A DNA stretch of 64,000 nucleotides, taken from Klebsormidium nitens. Taxonomy: Eukaryota > Plantae > Klebsormidiophyceae. Below, piece by piece: positions 1-12,145 of the stretch. The stretch is from the NCBI GenBank assembly GCA_000708835.1, contig DF236973.1, positions 232,699 through 296,698 of the forward strand. The letters are read 5' to 3'. Each line of letters begins with the position of its first letter. Within the stretch, counting starts at the first letter, position 1. Made by a program: the position numbers and the translations under genes. The notes below the pieces were generated by a model that ran no database searches, was not told the origin of the DNA, and saw only the letters and a list, made by a program, of their open reading frames with translations.

Positions 1-3000
1 GGGCGCGGCGGGGCGAGTGCTATGGTCGAGAGTCGTTCTCGATGAGGTAAACTCTTTTGTCAAATTCCACCAAACGACTTTGCCTTGGGTAGAAGCGTTA
101 TGCGCTTTGCCGTGCGGAAGGAAGAACGAAACAGAAGAGGAAGAGCTGCTTTTGGGGTTCGGGACTCCCTTCAGAGCCCTTTTGCGATGAGAATTCTGTT
201 GCCTACCAGCTTAGGTGCTGAAAAGAGCTCGACTCCTGACTGTAATGCTCGAGCCGTTGCCTGGGCCCAAAGAAAGTGACACCAACGGCTTACCACCGAT
301 GCCAAAGCAAGGAAAGGTTGGTCGCACATGAGGAGGGGACGTCCATCAGTGGCTGGGGTCTCGCCTGCTTATATACCCTGCGGTCGCCGCCAGCCCTTGG
401 CTTACATGAACACGAGAACTCTACCAGAAGAATCCAACAAACATCAAATGCAGACTCTTGGTTGCTGATAAAGTCGTCACAAAAGCGACGAATACCTGAG
501 CCACGGGGATCCTGATCCAATCAGAAGGCTGACCGTACAACATAGCCCCTCATCTGTTGTTCGAATTCCCCTCAAAGCTATCGATAGATGCATCCGTTCT
601 TTCGTTTGCAGGCCACTAAGATTAAGAACCAGAAAACGGCGACGTTCCAAGCGGCAGCAGCCATCAAGGCAACGTTCCGGTGGGCTTTGACGGCGACGCC
701 CATAGAAAACAGCGTGGAGGTGGGTTTTGGAGTTTTAAGGGTTTAGGATTATAGGTTTTCGGATACCTTGCTGACGAGCCTGCACAATGGATGACATCAC
801 TCTACACGGCAAATTGGCCATAGAGGTGAAGTAGTTGATGTTTGAGTGTGTCTGTTTGTCCCCTGGAGATTCTTTCGTTCTATTGGCGAAGTTCACATAG
901 CAATCAGTCACTGTAGTTCAGGCACCGTACCTGAAAGAAAGGGTAGGAATGTCTTGGCATCCAATTTCACTAGAGTGACCAAACGTTTTTGATCCAGGAC
1001 TTTGTGAGCCTACTTTCATTCCTCAAGTACCAACCGGAGCCCAAGAGGTTCCCTCTCCTTCGAGAGCTGGGCAGTGCGAAGACAACGGCAGAGGACTTTG
1101 AAGACCGCGATTTTGCCGCTGCTTGGAAAACGGTAAGCCGACAGCTGTTAGATCTGCTTTAAGCTTGTCAAGACCCGGGCTTCAGATTGATTGGTCCTCA
1201 AGATCCGGTAGAGCTAGCTAGCTTCGGATGCCAAAAAGGGTAACCCGAGATGCTCTCGTCAGCCCCGCCTTGGCCGACGTCAGGGGTTCGAACTGCGCAC
1301 GTCGCGCGGCATTCTTATGAGGAGCATAGCTCTAAGACCGACGGTTGTCCTCGAGTTACGCACGCTTGCGGAAAGCGCTTCATGGCTGCCCACGTGTCAT
1401 GATGGGCCCGTCAAGGACGCAGGAGTAGTTTTTATGGCAAAGCGTAGGCGCATGAACGGGACGTTTTGAACGAAGTCTTGAAGAAGATAAGGAAAACGTC
1501 CCTGGATCAGAGACGAACAAAGCTCTTTCGTTAACGCATCTGGAAACGGTCTTGAAATGTTTTCAGGATGTTGAACTGCCAGTTCTAGAGTACAGCACAC
1601 TCGAGAGTCTGTTGAAAAGCAGGAAACCTCTGCCTGGTTTTCATGGGAACAGGAAGAGGCTCTTCGGTAACCCCTTTGAAGGTTCCCTTCGACGATCTCT
1701 TGAAAAGCAACCGCTCCCTTTACAGGTCCTGCGCGCCACCACGCTGCGGCGCACCAAAGAGGCTCAGCTGACGTCATTGGGCGTGAAGGACGTCATCGTG
1801 GAGCGTCTCGCAATGAGCGCGAGCGAGCGCGCGTTCTACGAGTCGGTTAAGGAGCGCGGGTTAGCGGGGGACTGCGGGAACCATCTGGTGACCATGCTGC
1901 GGCTGCGGCAGGCGGCGAATGCGCCCCAGCTGGCAAAGCGGAAGGAATCGGGTGAGTGAAAAAGCGTCTCATTGGTGGCACACGTCAGCCTGTCTGAGGG
2001 TTAAGGGGTTCGGGCAAGAAGTGTTTCAAGATTTAACGCGCCTTAGCTGCAAAGGGCAAGGACTTGGGTTAGTGGGAAGCGTCCCTTCGGTGGCAGACGT
2101 CAGCACGTTTGAAGTTGGGAGCCTTCGGTGACAGGTGTTTTGCTCTAAGGGCGCGTCTTAAACCGAGTGATTTCGCGGCGTGTTTTTGCGAAATCCTGCT
2201 TTGGTGTCGCCATTACTTACATGGTCTTGCGTTTCAGCGACTCGTAATAAGGGCTTCCGGGCATTCGGTGGCTGTGCAAACAAAACCAAGGCGGCCTTTG
2301 AAGAGGGCGAAGTTTAGTTGCATCAAATATCTCTTTGTTTTTCCTTTCTGCTACTCCGTTGTGTCTTTCTCTTTTCCTTCGGTCCTTCCTGAGTCGCGTT
2401 GTGTTTGGACAAGCACTCGCGCCCCGCACCCTCCCTCCATTCTGAAAGCCTCCAGATTGCGCAAGGACTCACGGAACGGGATTGTTTTTGACTTTGCGCC
2501 TTGTTCTAACAGTGCGACCCTTTCTTCGCAGTTACGCGCGGTGGAAAGAGCAGCGGGCACAGAGGGGGACCTACGAAATCAACAGACGGGGCAGATGCAG
2601 AAACGACCGGGCACATAAGCTCGTCAAAGATCGACCGGTTGATGCATCATCTAAGGGCGACTCTAGCCCATCCCGATGCGAAGGTCGTCATATTTTCCAG
2701 CGTGAGTGGACGCTTCTATGCTGAGCTTTTTCTTTCTGCAAATGCGCTTCAAGACTTGTCTCATGCCAGATTGTTTGAATAAAAGTCTGTGTTCCTTCTG
2801 GAATGTGATTGCTTCGATCCATCAAAGTCGATAGGCCGCTTCACGCAGGAGGTAAGGGCGGGCCGGTCGGATTTGGCAAGGAATCGTCGACATGACAAGA
2901 TTTCTAAAAGTCTCCACGTCCAACCATACGGAGAACTAGGAGAAGCGTCATCGTCAAGGTCAATACTCATAAAGAGCTTTGTTTATAAAGCATTTATTTC

Positions 3001-3911
3001 ACCGGTCAGCTTCAGGTTACTCACGCTCTTCAAGATCCTTTCCTCCTCGCAGTTCACAGGAATGCTGGACGTCCTGGAGAGAACGCTTGAGTCCGAAAGC
3101 GTCCGCTTCGCGCGCCTCGACGGAACGATGTCCACAACGGAACGGCAAGCGGCCATTGCCCGCTACGAAACGCCCAACTCCGCTGGTAAGCCTTCGGCAT
3201 CGCGTGTCGCAACACTGCCCTTGCGTTTGCGATTCCAAAGTTGCTTTTTTGAGCTCTGGAAGGATAGGTCGCGTCTCGTCCAGAAATCGCTTTGAGCTCA
3301 TCGTGGCCAGGTTGAGCTTACAAAGACAGAGTCTTGTAGTGTGATTCCAACCACTTGGCCCTTCTTGCTGACTTGCAGTCCGCTCATTCAACACCAGCTG
3401 TTTCCTTGCTTTCTGCATATGGATCCTTGAAATTGTTTTCAACTCCCACGCTCACCTCATATAAGCAGCGACCCGTGTTCGGACTCGCGGACATCTTTCC
3501 TTGAACAACGTCCTTTCGCTCTCTGTGCTCTGTATCTCTGTTGCTACCATGATCCTGAGGCGCTTACCCTTTGCAGACGGCGACTCCGGCGTTCCGGTCT
3601 TCCTCGTCTCTCTCAAAGCGGGCGGAACCGGACTGACGCTGCTGGGCGGCCCCCGGGCAGGCCCCCGGTTGGTCATCCTTTTCGACCACTGGTGGAATCC
3701 GGCCGCCGAGGCGCAGGCGATCGATCGGGTGCACCGGTGTGTGATTCGTTTCCGTTGGCCGTCGATTCTGCAGGGAATCAGTCGTCTTGTGTTGGAACGC
3801 GGTCTTCGGTCCTCTTGTGTTGGAACGCGGTCTTCGGTTACTGTTTCTTGTTTCAGGCTCGGGCAGCCATACGATATCGAAGAGACGGTCGGATTATTTC
3901 CGAGCCCATGA
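1..3911 (+). CDS. SNF2-family (RAD5/RAD16-like) ATP-dependent helicase, 3' portion; gene starts before the window
   Basis: Hand-spliced GT-AG exons with compatible phases: 1-46 (WSRVVLDE), 612-719 (ATKIKNQ...[14 protein letters not shown]), 998-1132 (DFVSLLSFL), 1726-1951 (TLRRTKE...MLRLRQAAN), 2531-2701 (SSKIDRL...KVVIFS), 3053-3185 (FTGMLDVLE...RLDGTMS), 3577-3736 ([12 protein letters not shown]...[19 protein letters not shown]), 3857-3911 (RLGQ...stop). These are SNF2 motifs II-VI. The exact C-terminus is uncertain. Confidence 0.93.
3785..3838. repeat. Perfect 26-bp direct tandem duplication in a helicase intron
   Basis: TCTTGTGTTGGAACGCGGTCTTCGGT at 3785-3810 and 3813-3838. Confidence 0.9.
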
Positions 3912-4145
3912 CCAGAACCAACTTTTCCGGTTCCAATAGAAGTGGGATCGCAGGGTCACACCCTGGTAGTTTTTGCGGGCCTAGAGGCCCCGACCCCCTA
4001 GACCGCGGTCAACCCGGAAAAAACAAAGCAGCCAAGTTATACACCGGTGAGTGGTCGGGCTGCGATTCTCCAGAAAAGAAAGTCTGATTTTATAAAGGAC
4101 GCACACTCTGGTGAAAACTGGCTAAGCGCTTCAGAAACCCGTCCT

Positions 4146-5682
4146 TCAAGTGAAGTTGTGGAAGGAGTGTCTCAGATCCTCACACTGCGTGATTCTCTGG
4201 GCGCGAGCAAAAGGGGTCTGGTAAGGCCACCGCTTTACAGGCCGATTTCCTGCCGACCAAGCGTAGCGGCCTACAGCCTGCACAATGGCCTCAAAAGTCG
4301 CACTTGTGGCGACAAAGCGCCAATAAGACACTGACGTTACTAGTTGCGCGCGCATGAGTGAGTTCCAGGCGGTGAGACAGTTTTGGGGCCTGCAAAGTGC
4401 AATCCGCGTTCTCTTTCCAACGGATTGGTCAGAGCTCTCAAGAAGGCGGGATGAACGGGGGGAGGATCTGCAATAAATCTGGCCAACGTCTAAGGTCTCA
4501 GGACAGTCCAAAAGCCGATTGTGGCGCAGAGAAGCCACCGGGCCTGATATTGCTTGCGCTCGGTGATGTTGGTTGCAACCCGCTCGGAACGATCGTCTCC
4601 GCTTCTCATTCTGGTGGAGGGAATTTTGTCCGGGATTTTTAGCGCCCTGGCTGGCTTGTTTGCCTGACCCGTATGGCATTGCGCTGACGACCAGGAGCGT
4701 CAGCGAAAGGAATATCCTGGTGTCAAAACCGCAAATATTTTCTGAGCTTTTTCTCCACATTGTTGGGGCGACCACGAAACTGATGTGAAAGTCAAGGCTG
4801 AGCGGTTCTGCACCGGTTTGGCATCATAGTTTGACATGTGCTTACTAGGTATCCCACTGCCGCTTGCAGGATCGGCCAAAAGAATCAAGTCAAGGTGATT
4901 CGCTTTGTCATGGAGGATACCATCGAAGAGGCCCAAGTGTCGAAGAAGGACGACAAGAGTCTGCTTTTCAGGGCTGTATTTGGTCCCATCGAGGACTCGT
5001 AAAATATTCAAGTGTATAGAAATAGGCCGGCAGTACTCAAATGGGTGCAGGCATGCACGCCGTATCAAGGGGCTACAGTCGTCCATTGAGTAAGCCAAGT
5101 AGAAAGTCTTCTCGGAGAGTAGGTCAGTAGCCACAACGTTCTCAGTGACCGTGTTCGGTGCAGCAAAGTCTCTTAGGCTGCAATCCTTGGATCGGCGAAC
5201 GTAGACTTCCATCTTGAACTTCAGGACAGTATAATGTCACAGTCTAGGTTGACAAAAGATTCGAAGGACGGTCATGGTCAGAAGCAATTCCCTTGCTAAT
5301 CGGAAAAGAGTAGTCGTGAGTTGGAGTGTATAAAGGCAGTACTAGAAAGCGGCGGCATCAGCCAAGCCTCGGTCAAAATGAGTCGACGGTGAGCTCCTTG
5401 CGGCTATGGTAGGCTGGTTCAGATGTGCTCTGTACATTTTTGTGTAGGTAGGAAAGTAGGTCGAGAGAGAATTTTACGTGGTAGCGAGGGGTTCGCATCG
5501 AGTAGCATGATCAAAAGGTCAATATAACGTGCAGTCCGACTGGAACCCTGCCAGAGTGTTGAGAAACGATGACTCATGGTTTCTTTGAGAAGCCCTTTAA
5601 CCGTCCATATGGCAATCCGGAAAACAACTGTTGGATCAATGCAACCTGCAATCCAGAAGCGTGAAATACGGAGCCTAGACAT
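4146..5682 (-). pseudogene. Possible decayed coding relic of unknown family
   Basis: Overlapping protein-like minus-strand ORFs (5419-5682, 4700-5212, 4146-4775) in different frames. No recognisable motif and no clean exon chain. Confidence 0.2.
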
Positions 5683-7235
5683 CTAGAGGCAAACGGCAAA
5701 TAGGTCTACGTGCTTACGTTCTTAACCGAAATGAATAATCCTTGAGAAAGATACCTCGGTGGAATGATTCTGACTGATCATGCTTGAATTGCTCATGACC
5801 ATGCATGGTAAGCACGTAAAGACATTTCAACGCTCTCAGAACAACAATTAACGAGCCTAAAGTTATCATGCTCTCGTGGCCTGAATCTAATCCTCTTGTC
5901 CCGACTCGAAGCAAAAAACGGAAGTCTCTAGTGATTATGAACCTTAGTGAAGTGTAGACATAGTCGGTTTTTCCGCTCATGCACTCATGAAAGAAGCGAA
6001 AAGACGAAAAATGAAACGTTAAAATGAAACCCCATGTTAAGACCTCGCGGCCGCGCTGAAACCCTCGATTGCGGTCCAGTGCGCGCGTCGCGACGGCGTG
6101 GCGGGGCCCGCTCGCGGCCGCTGCGCATGGCGGCCGGCGGCGGGCCCGGTGCATGGGCGGGCCCGCGCCCGCCTCCAGCCTGCCGCGCGCGCAGCTAGCC
6201 TGGGTTGTTGACTTATCGCACAAGTACGGTCCCCGAATCAATTTCGAACCAATCAAATCCTCGACCTGCGCGACGAGTCAACGACACTGCCGGCTGCGTA
6301 GCCGTCGCCAGCGGGGACGGTGGCGTGGGCTCGAGAACTCGGCATCGTCACGTTTCATGGCACGCTCGGGAGTCGGCATGCCACATCTCGGCTACCCGTG
6401 TGATGTCAGCATCAGGCCGACGGCCGACGGAGCTCGGGCGGGCAAGATACCGGCCGGCGGCGACCGCTTTTGGTCTGACTGTCTGACATCCACGGACGAT
6501 TCCTGGCGTCTCAGGCTCAGCTAATCACATGATCACACGTTCAGTGATTACAGTATGTACTACGTAGTACGCGGTGAGCACTGAGCAGTGAGCACACTAA
6601 GCTAGTAATACCTACTGCACGCTTTCCGTCTGCCCGTGCGTCTGCCCATAGCGTCAAGACTCAAATCCACCCTCTTCTTGACTCGCAAGACTGGGTACAA
6701 GACGTGCCGGCCCCCGGGTACATGAGGATGAGGAGTCGACGTCTGATAATTCGACAGGATTCACAGCCCGGTCCGTGTTGCACCAGGCCCGGACTTTCAT
6801 TTCAGCAATGCATTATGTACTTGTAGACAATGTGAGATACAAGGTCGAGATGAGCGCCATGGCAAGAATTGGTGAACAGTTCAAGCCATCTGAGGCACAT
6901 CTAAACGAAACCCTGGAAAACCGGCGAGGTTAATAGGTATTGAACAGATTGCCGAGGTTGGTCACGAGTACTAGCCCCCAGGATACATGACTGCTGAGAG
7001 CCGCCCGGTGTACGTGCCAAGCTGACAATGCAACCCAGAGAAGACATGCTAGCTACGAGTACTAGCAGGAAAATGGGAATGGGAAGAAGAGAAGTTAGAA
7101 CCAAGCTAGAACCAGCAGTGGCGACGAATGTGGCAAAAGACCTTTTGAGCGCAATTCAGTAGAAGGGGGAGTCGCTTATGCCCTGCAGGCGGCACTTCGT
7201 TGCCAATATTGGCGGTTGCGAATTCGAAAGGCAGC

Positions 7236-8693
7236 ATGCCTTCTCCCTTTCCCTGGGATGTGGAGGTCTCTGCCGGCAGGCGCAAGGTTGTTGCGGCCTG
7301 GTGCTTTTGGGTGCTCCTCATGTTGGGTTACCTGGGTGCGTGCACGGTCGCGATCGTGAAGGCCATTGAGCTCCGGAGGCATCCCTTCATCACGACGTAT
7401 GTTGACCGAGGGCAAAAAGTGCTCCTTCCGGACGTCCAGGTTTGCATTGTCGATCAGACCGATTATACTGGGGAGATTGTGAGCTCCTTTGGGCGTAATG
7501 CGTCACTAGAAGTAGTGCCATACGACCTGTCCATACTCAAGCTGGCAGCAGGCGGGGATGAAGTGAGTTGGCTGCCAGAATGCCCCCCGCAGTTTGCAAC
7601 AGACATCAACAGGCCTTATCCGGGGGATCCCTGGCCAGAAGTCTTTAGCTACACCGAGAAGCGGATGCACGGCGTCAGCCTGGTGGACGGCGACGACTCT
7701 CCGGGGAACCCATACCTATACAGCAACGTAAGAAACGAGCGTCTGAACTTCTCGGGCGTAATGTTGGACCCGCAATACAGCCTGGGGCCCACCAAAGCAA
7801 GGAGTTAGGAGACAGAGCCCCTGACACCTGTCCTCAGAACGCTGAACACGGTCTCAGACGAGAGCACGACCGGGGGAGAAGACAACACCAAGGTGGTCGT
7901 GGGTGTTGATCCGCGCTTTGCCTGCCTCACCTTCTACCTCTCCCTGTGCGCACCCCAGGCGCAAGAAAACATTAGCAGCTCACTCCCTGCGTTTGTCATG
8001 GAGCTGAACGGCACAGGGCCCCCCTTTTCCAGCTTCATTGTGTCAGTGGGGCAGGCCCCGCTGCAGAATCCTCTGTTTCAGGCGGCGTCGGAACCTGCCG
8101 GCCAACGGGACTTCACTCTCTTCGCAGCCCCAAATTCATCATCCGTCAGCTTTTCGTACGTGCAGACAGAATCGGAGCAGTTGCAATCGCCTTTTACCGG
8201 GCCCTTTTGGTATCAGAAAAAGGAAGTCCGAGCCTTTGAAAAGCTCTCTTACACCCTTGGCTCTATCCTGCCTGAGTCTACCCCCGGGACAGACTTTCGC
8301 GACAGCAACCAAAGCATAGTCCCCTTTAAGCTCAGGCTCGTGATGTATATCTCCCCACAGGGGGTTGTGCACCTCAAAGAGCAAGAGCCGTTTCTTGCGC
8401 TCATAGCCTTCATTGGAGGCCTCTGGTCCTTTGTACCCCTCCTTTTCGGGCTGATCTATGTGCCCCTGGATCCAATCCGTCTCCGGCTGCACCCAAACCT
8501 AGACTGTTGCTATCCTGGTTCCAATCCGAGCAGCAAGAACAAGACTCCCATCAGGATTGCAGAGGGCGACACACTGATCGATGTGGATACCAATGGCAAG
8601 GCCGCAGAGGTGAGTGGTTCCAACCGTTCTTGCTCCGTTCTTCAAGCAAGGCTGCGACGTACTACACTTTCGAAGCTAGGAACATCTGATTGA
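7236..8693 (+). CDS. Two-transmembrane protein with a large glycosylated ectodomain (DEG/ENaC-like or Erv41/46-ERGIC-like topology), with an in-frame TAG at 7806-7808
   Basis: ORFs 7200-7808 and 7893-8693 share one frame separated by a single TAG. TM1 is VVAAWCFWVLLMLGYLGACTVAIV, followed by LPDVQVC. TM2 is FLALIAFIGGLWSFVPLLFGLIYV. Sequons NAS, NFS, NIS, NGT, NSS and NQS lie between them. A possible donor GAG|GTGAGT near 8610 may add a later exon. Confidence 0.6.
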
Positions 8694-11600
8694 GCAGTGC
8701 CTAGCACTTAGCTGGTACGTTTGGGTGCTGATTGTGGGAAATGTTCAAGCGTTGGACTTGCGTTGATCTTTTTAGTGCTTCATAGATGGGGTAGAAGAGT
8801 CCACGAGCCTTTTGCCCCTTTAATGGTCCTTCTTGTTGGGAGATCGATCTCATTACAGCAGACCGTTTTCTCATGACCGTCTTTCCGCAGACTCTGGGTG
8901 AATGTGTGGCACGGTGTGGCTCCTTATGCTGACGCTGCATGGCTGCAATCACAAAAGCTGATCAAGTTGCAAAATGAAATTGGTCTGCATGCAAGGCTTT
9001 GTGTGACTCGTTCTCTTCGCCGGGCACCTTGAGCAGCCATAGTACTGGAATCTCGAATGGTTACAAGCTAAGGGTTCAGTCAGAAGTAGCCAAAAACCTT
9101 GACATACTCACCTTCTCTTCTGCAGAAGTGATGCAGTCGCCTTTGGTGGCAGAGTTCTGACTAAAAGCGCCTGCGTGCACTTTCTACTAAGCTCTGTTTT
9201 CAACGGGTTATTAGTTTGAACATATTGTCCATAAGTCTTTGTAGCATTGAATACCCACGCATGACAAATAACAGTTTGACTGTGTTGGCCCCATCAAGTG
9301 TCCTCAATCGCACGACCGGGCCTTGTACAGCAGATTAACAGATTGACCAACTGTTTAGCATAAGACTAACAAGCTTGGATTTGTTGCACAGAGCGCCATA
9401 AATGCTCTCTATATTTTGTACCAGATTTGAAGGATGTATCTTATATTTGCGATCGATCTTATATGACAATCCCGCCGAAGTGCGGCTAGCATCTAGTTGT
9501 TGATTGACAAAGGTTTCAAGACTATAAAAGGCCCACTAGATTCAGCTAGAAGCGTATGGTAGTTGTCATTTATGAAGCTTATAATGCAAGTGGCTGTCTA
9601 AATCCTTGCACCCAGCATGTAGTATACATGTATCATATTTTGCATGTACGTGTACTGACGCATCTTTTGAATCACAACAGAAAAGGAAGAACGGTACGGG
9701 CTACCACACAGGCAGATTATACGCGGTTAGCTCGATCCAGTCCACATGGTCAGTGCCGGCGGTTGTATTGCGACATGATCGTTAAGTTACATTTTGGATG
9801 TATTGCCAACAGATCGAGGTTTCGAATTTCAAACCACGCGCGGTTTGCACCTGACCGTCTAACTCCACTTCAGACTGCGGTTTCTTCAGTAAAAACACAG
9901 CCAGATCAGTGACGTTAGGTAGCACGCAATGTTGTATCATTTATAGCAGGCTGGAAAGATCCATTCTGCCTGAAGGCTTCAAAGGCGCACCAGTCCTTGT
10001 CACATCCTTGAAAGAATCACCATGTTTCATGCCGTGATATTCCTAATCTTACACTTCCACCATGAACTTTTCCCGTTTTGACAGCTCAGAACGCTGCTTC
10101 CAAAACCGCGATATATGTATGCAGAGCTTTCGATCCGCTTTGATTGTATACGGGGGTTCTGCGGAGGCGGTTTCGGCGGAGGGGGGATCTGCGGAGGGGG
10201 CACCTGCGAAAGCGATTGAATACGATTACAATCGCATATTGCTCGAGACGCCAACGTTCAAGCTTCGGAAAAGAGCACATAAACCTATGCGAGATGCACG
10301 GCTCTGCAACGAAGCGCAATGGGATTGCACTGCGGACAACGCCTGAGAACTTCGCGGATCGAATCACAGGAGAAATTGAACTTCGTTACTGATGAAAGCG
10401 CAGCTTGAGAAAACGACTCAAGCAACGACTTGATGATATACAGAAGCGCAAGGTATTTGAGTTGGCAATCCAAAGAGCAATCTGCAATGTCTATTTTTCC
10501 TTCGAAAAAACCCGGCAATCGTTAGACACCCGCGGGCAGTAAAGAACAATCTGCAATGAAATGTTGTCGAACCAGTTTTTGATGGAGAACAAGGACTCAG
10601 TAGAAGCAGCAAAGGTGCGTGTCAACAAGAATCTTCCTTAGGAATACTCGCATGTTGAGAAACTTCTTACGATAACGAGCTAGCTCGATCGAGCGTTAAC
10701 TAGAAAACATGCTACGCTCACAGAACAGCTACCTAGCTGGGAAGCTGCTCTATGATGTCACGCGCGAAAAGCATATGATCCGGGGGCCATGCAGCATGTC
10801 TCGGGACCCTAGAATGATGCAAAAAAGCTAGACATGCTTCAAGCTAAAAGCTTTACGAGGCTGCCATGCATGTGAAATGAGCCACAAGGCTGTCACGAAG
10901 TTATGCATCTATGTATTGGCCCATGAAGAAGACTGTAAGAAAGAATGAGAAAGACTCGGAGAGCCGTCACGAAGCACCTCTTATTCGCCAGGGAGCTCGC
11001 GCCAGAGCGCGCCCCACAAAAGCTCCTCTGTTCACACTCCCTATTCTAGGTGTCCTGATGTTCTTCTTTTCGAGTCTTTCTCTCGCTTTCGATCGTTCAA
11101 ATCGAACTTCTGGCTGGATATCTTCAGTGTACGTGGCTTCGACGACTCTATTCACTTTGTCACCTCTTATTTGTTTTTCCTGGAGAGACGCAAGATTCGG
11201 TCAAGCCAAGTCCCTCGCTTGCTTTCGAAGTCTACTGCAATTGAGCTACGACTCTGTCTTCTTTGTACACGAACTGAGACCCGGATGGATCTGTAACGGA
11301 CACAAGTTTTTACAAGCTTCGCATTACATCCCCCGTTTGCCAGGCTTCCGTTCCACTCTAAACCGACAAAACAAACGGCCCCTCTAACCCGGATCCAACT
11401 TCGTGTCTCCCCATAGCTTCCGCAAGCTTCGCCGTCTTCGCCTCGAACCCCCCCCCTTCCTTTTCATCGTAGCATCGTTAGCAGGAGGTGACCGCGGCCG
11501 CTCGTGAGACATCAGGAATCATAAAGCTATGCCGTGAGTGACTCATAAGCGATGAGACATAAGAAGCTATAAAGTGGCCGGGACGGTAGGAAGTTTTTGA

Positions 11601-12145
11601 AGGAAGGAAATTTTTAAGCTAACACGAGCACGCCTTCGAGAAGTACCTGGCCGCATCGAAGTTTGTCGGAACGTTTAAGCCAGCGAAGCGAAGTACTTCC
11701 TTCCGTCGAAGACTCAATCAGATGTTGACGACTGTCAAATGCACCGCGCAACACCTGCAGGGCCCCGCTCAACAACGTTCGTGAGACTTCCGGAAGACAG
11801 AAAACACAAGCTCTGGCGGGGACAATTATCGATTCTGATCGGGACAACTGCAGCAAAATGCTCTCGAAGCCACTCATCGCGCCAGAGAGGACTTCCTGCG
11901 GGAAGAATTTTGGATATCCACGTGAAATCGTCCTTTATCAAAATCTTCCACCAGGATCTATCCGACCAGCGCCGGAAGATCTGTGACCGGACAAGTGATG
12001 AGACATAACGGGACACAGTTTCCTAAACCCGTTCACAAGAGCAAGGAGGATTGCATCGAAGTCATCACGAAGCCGCTCGTAGCTGTATATGAAACTGGTG
12101 AAAAAAGAATACTTTGCTTCCATTGTATCACGTCTAGTTACTCAC

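Noticed and set aside
1280-1310. GGTTCGAA T-loop-like word suggesting a tRNA or SINE
   Set aside because: No acceptor stem, D-arm or A-box could be built around it.
10062-10645. Protein-like fragments (for example RLKQRLDDIQKRKVFELAIQRAIC) in shifting frames
   Set aside because: No recognisable family and no consistent exon chain. It may be a relic but cannot be supported.
11614-12123. Short minus-strand ORFs downstream of the Cys-rich gene
   Set aside because: Could be 3' exons or relics, but frame and splice sites could not be fixed.
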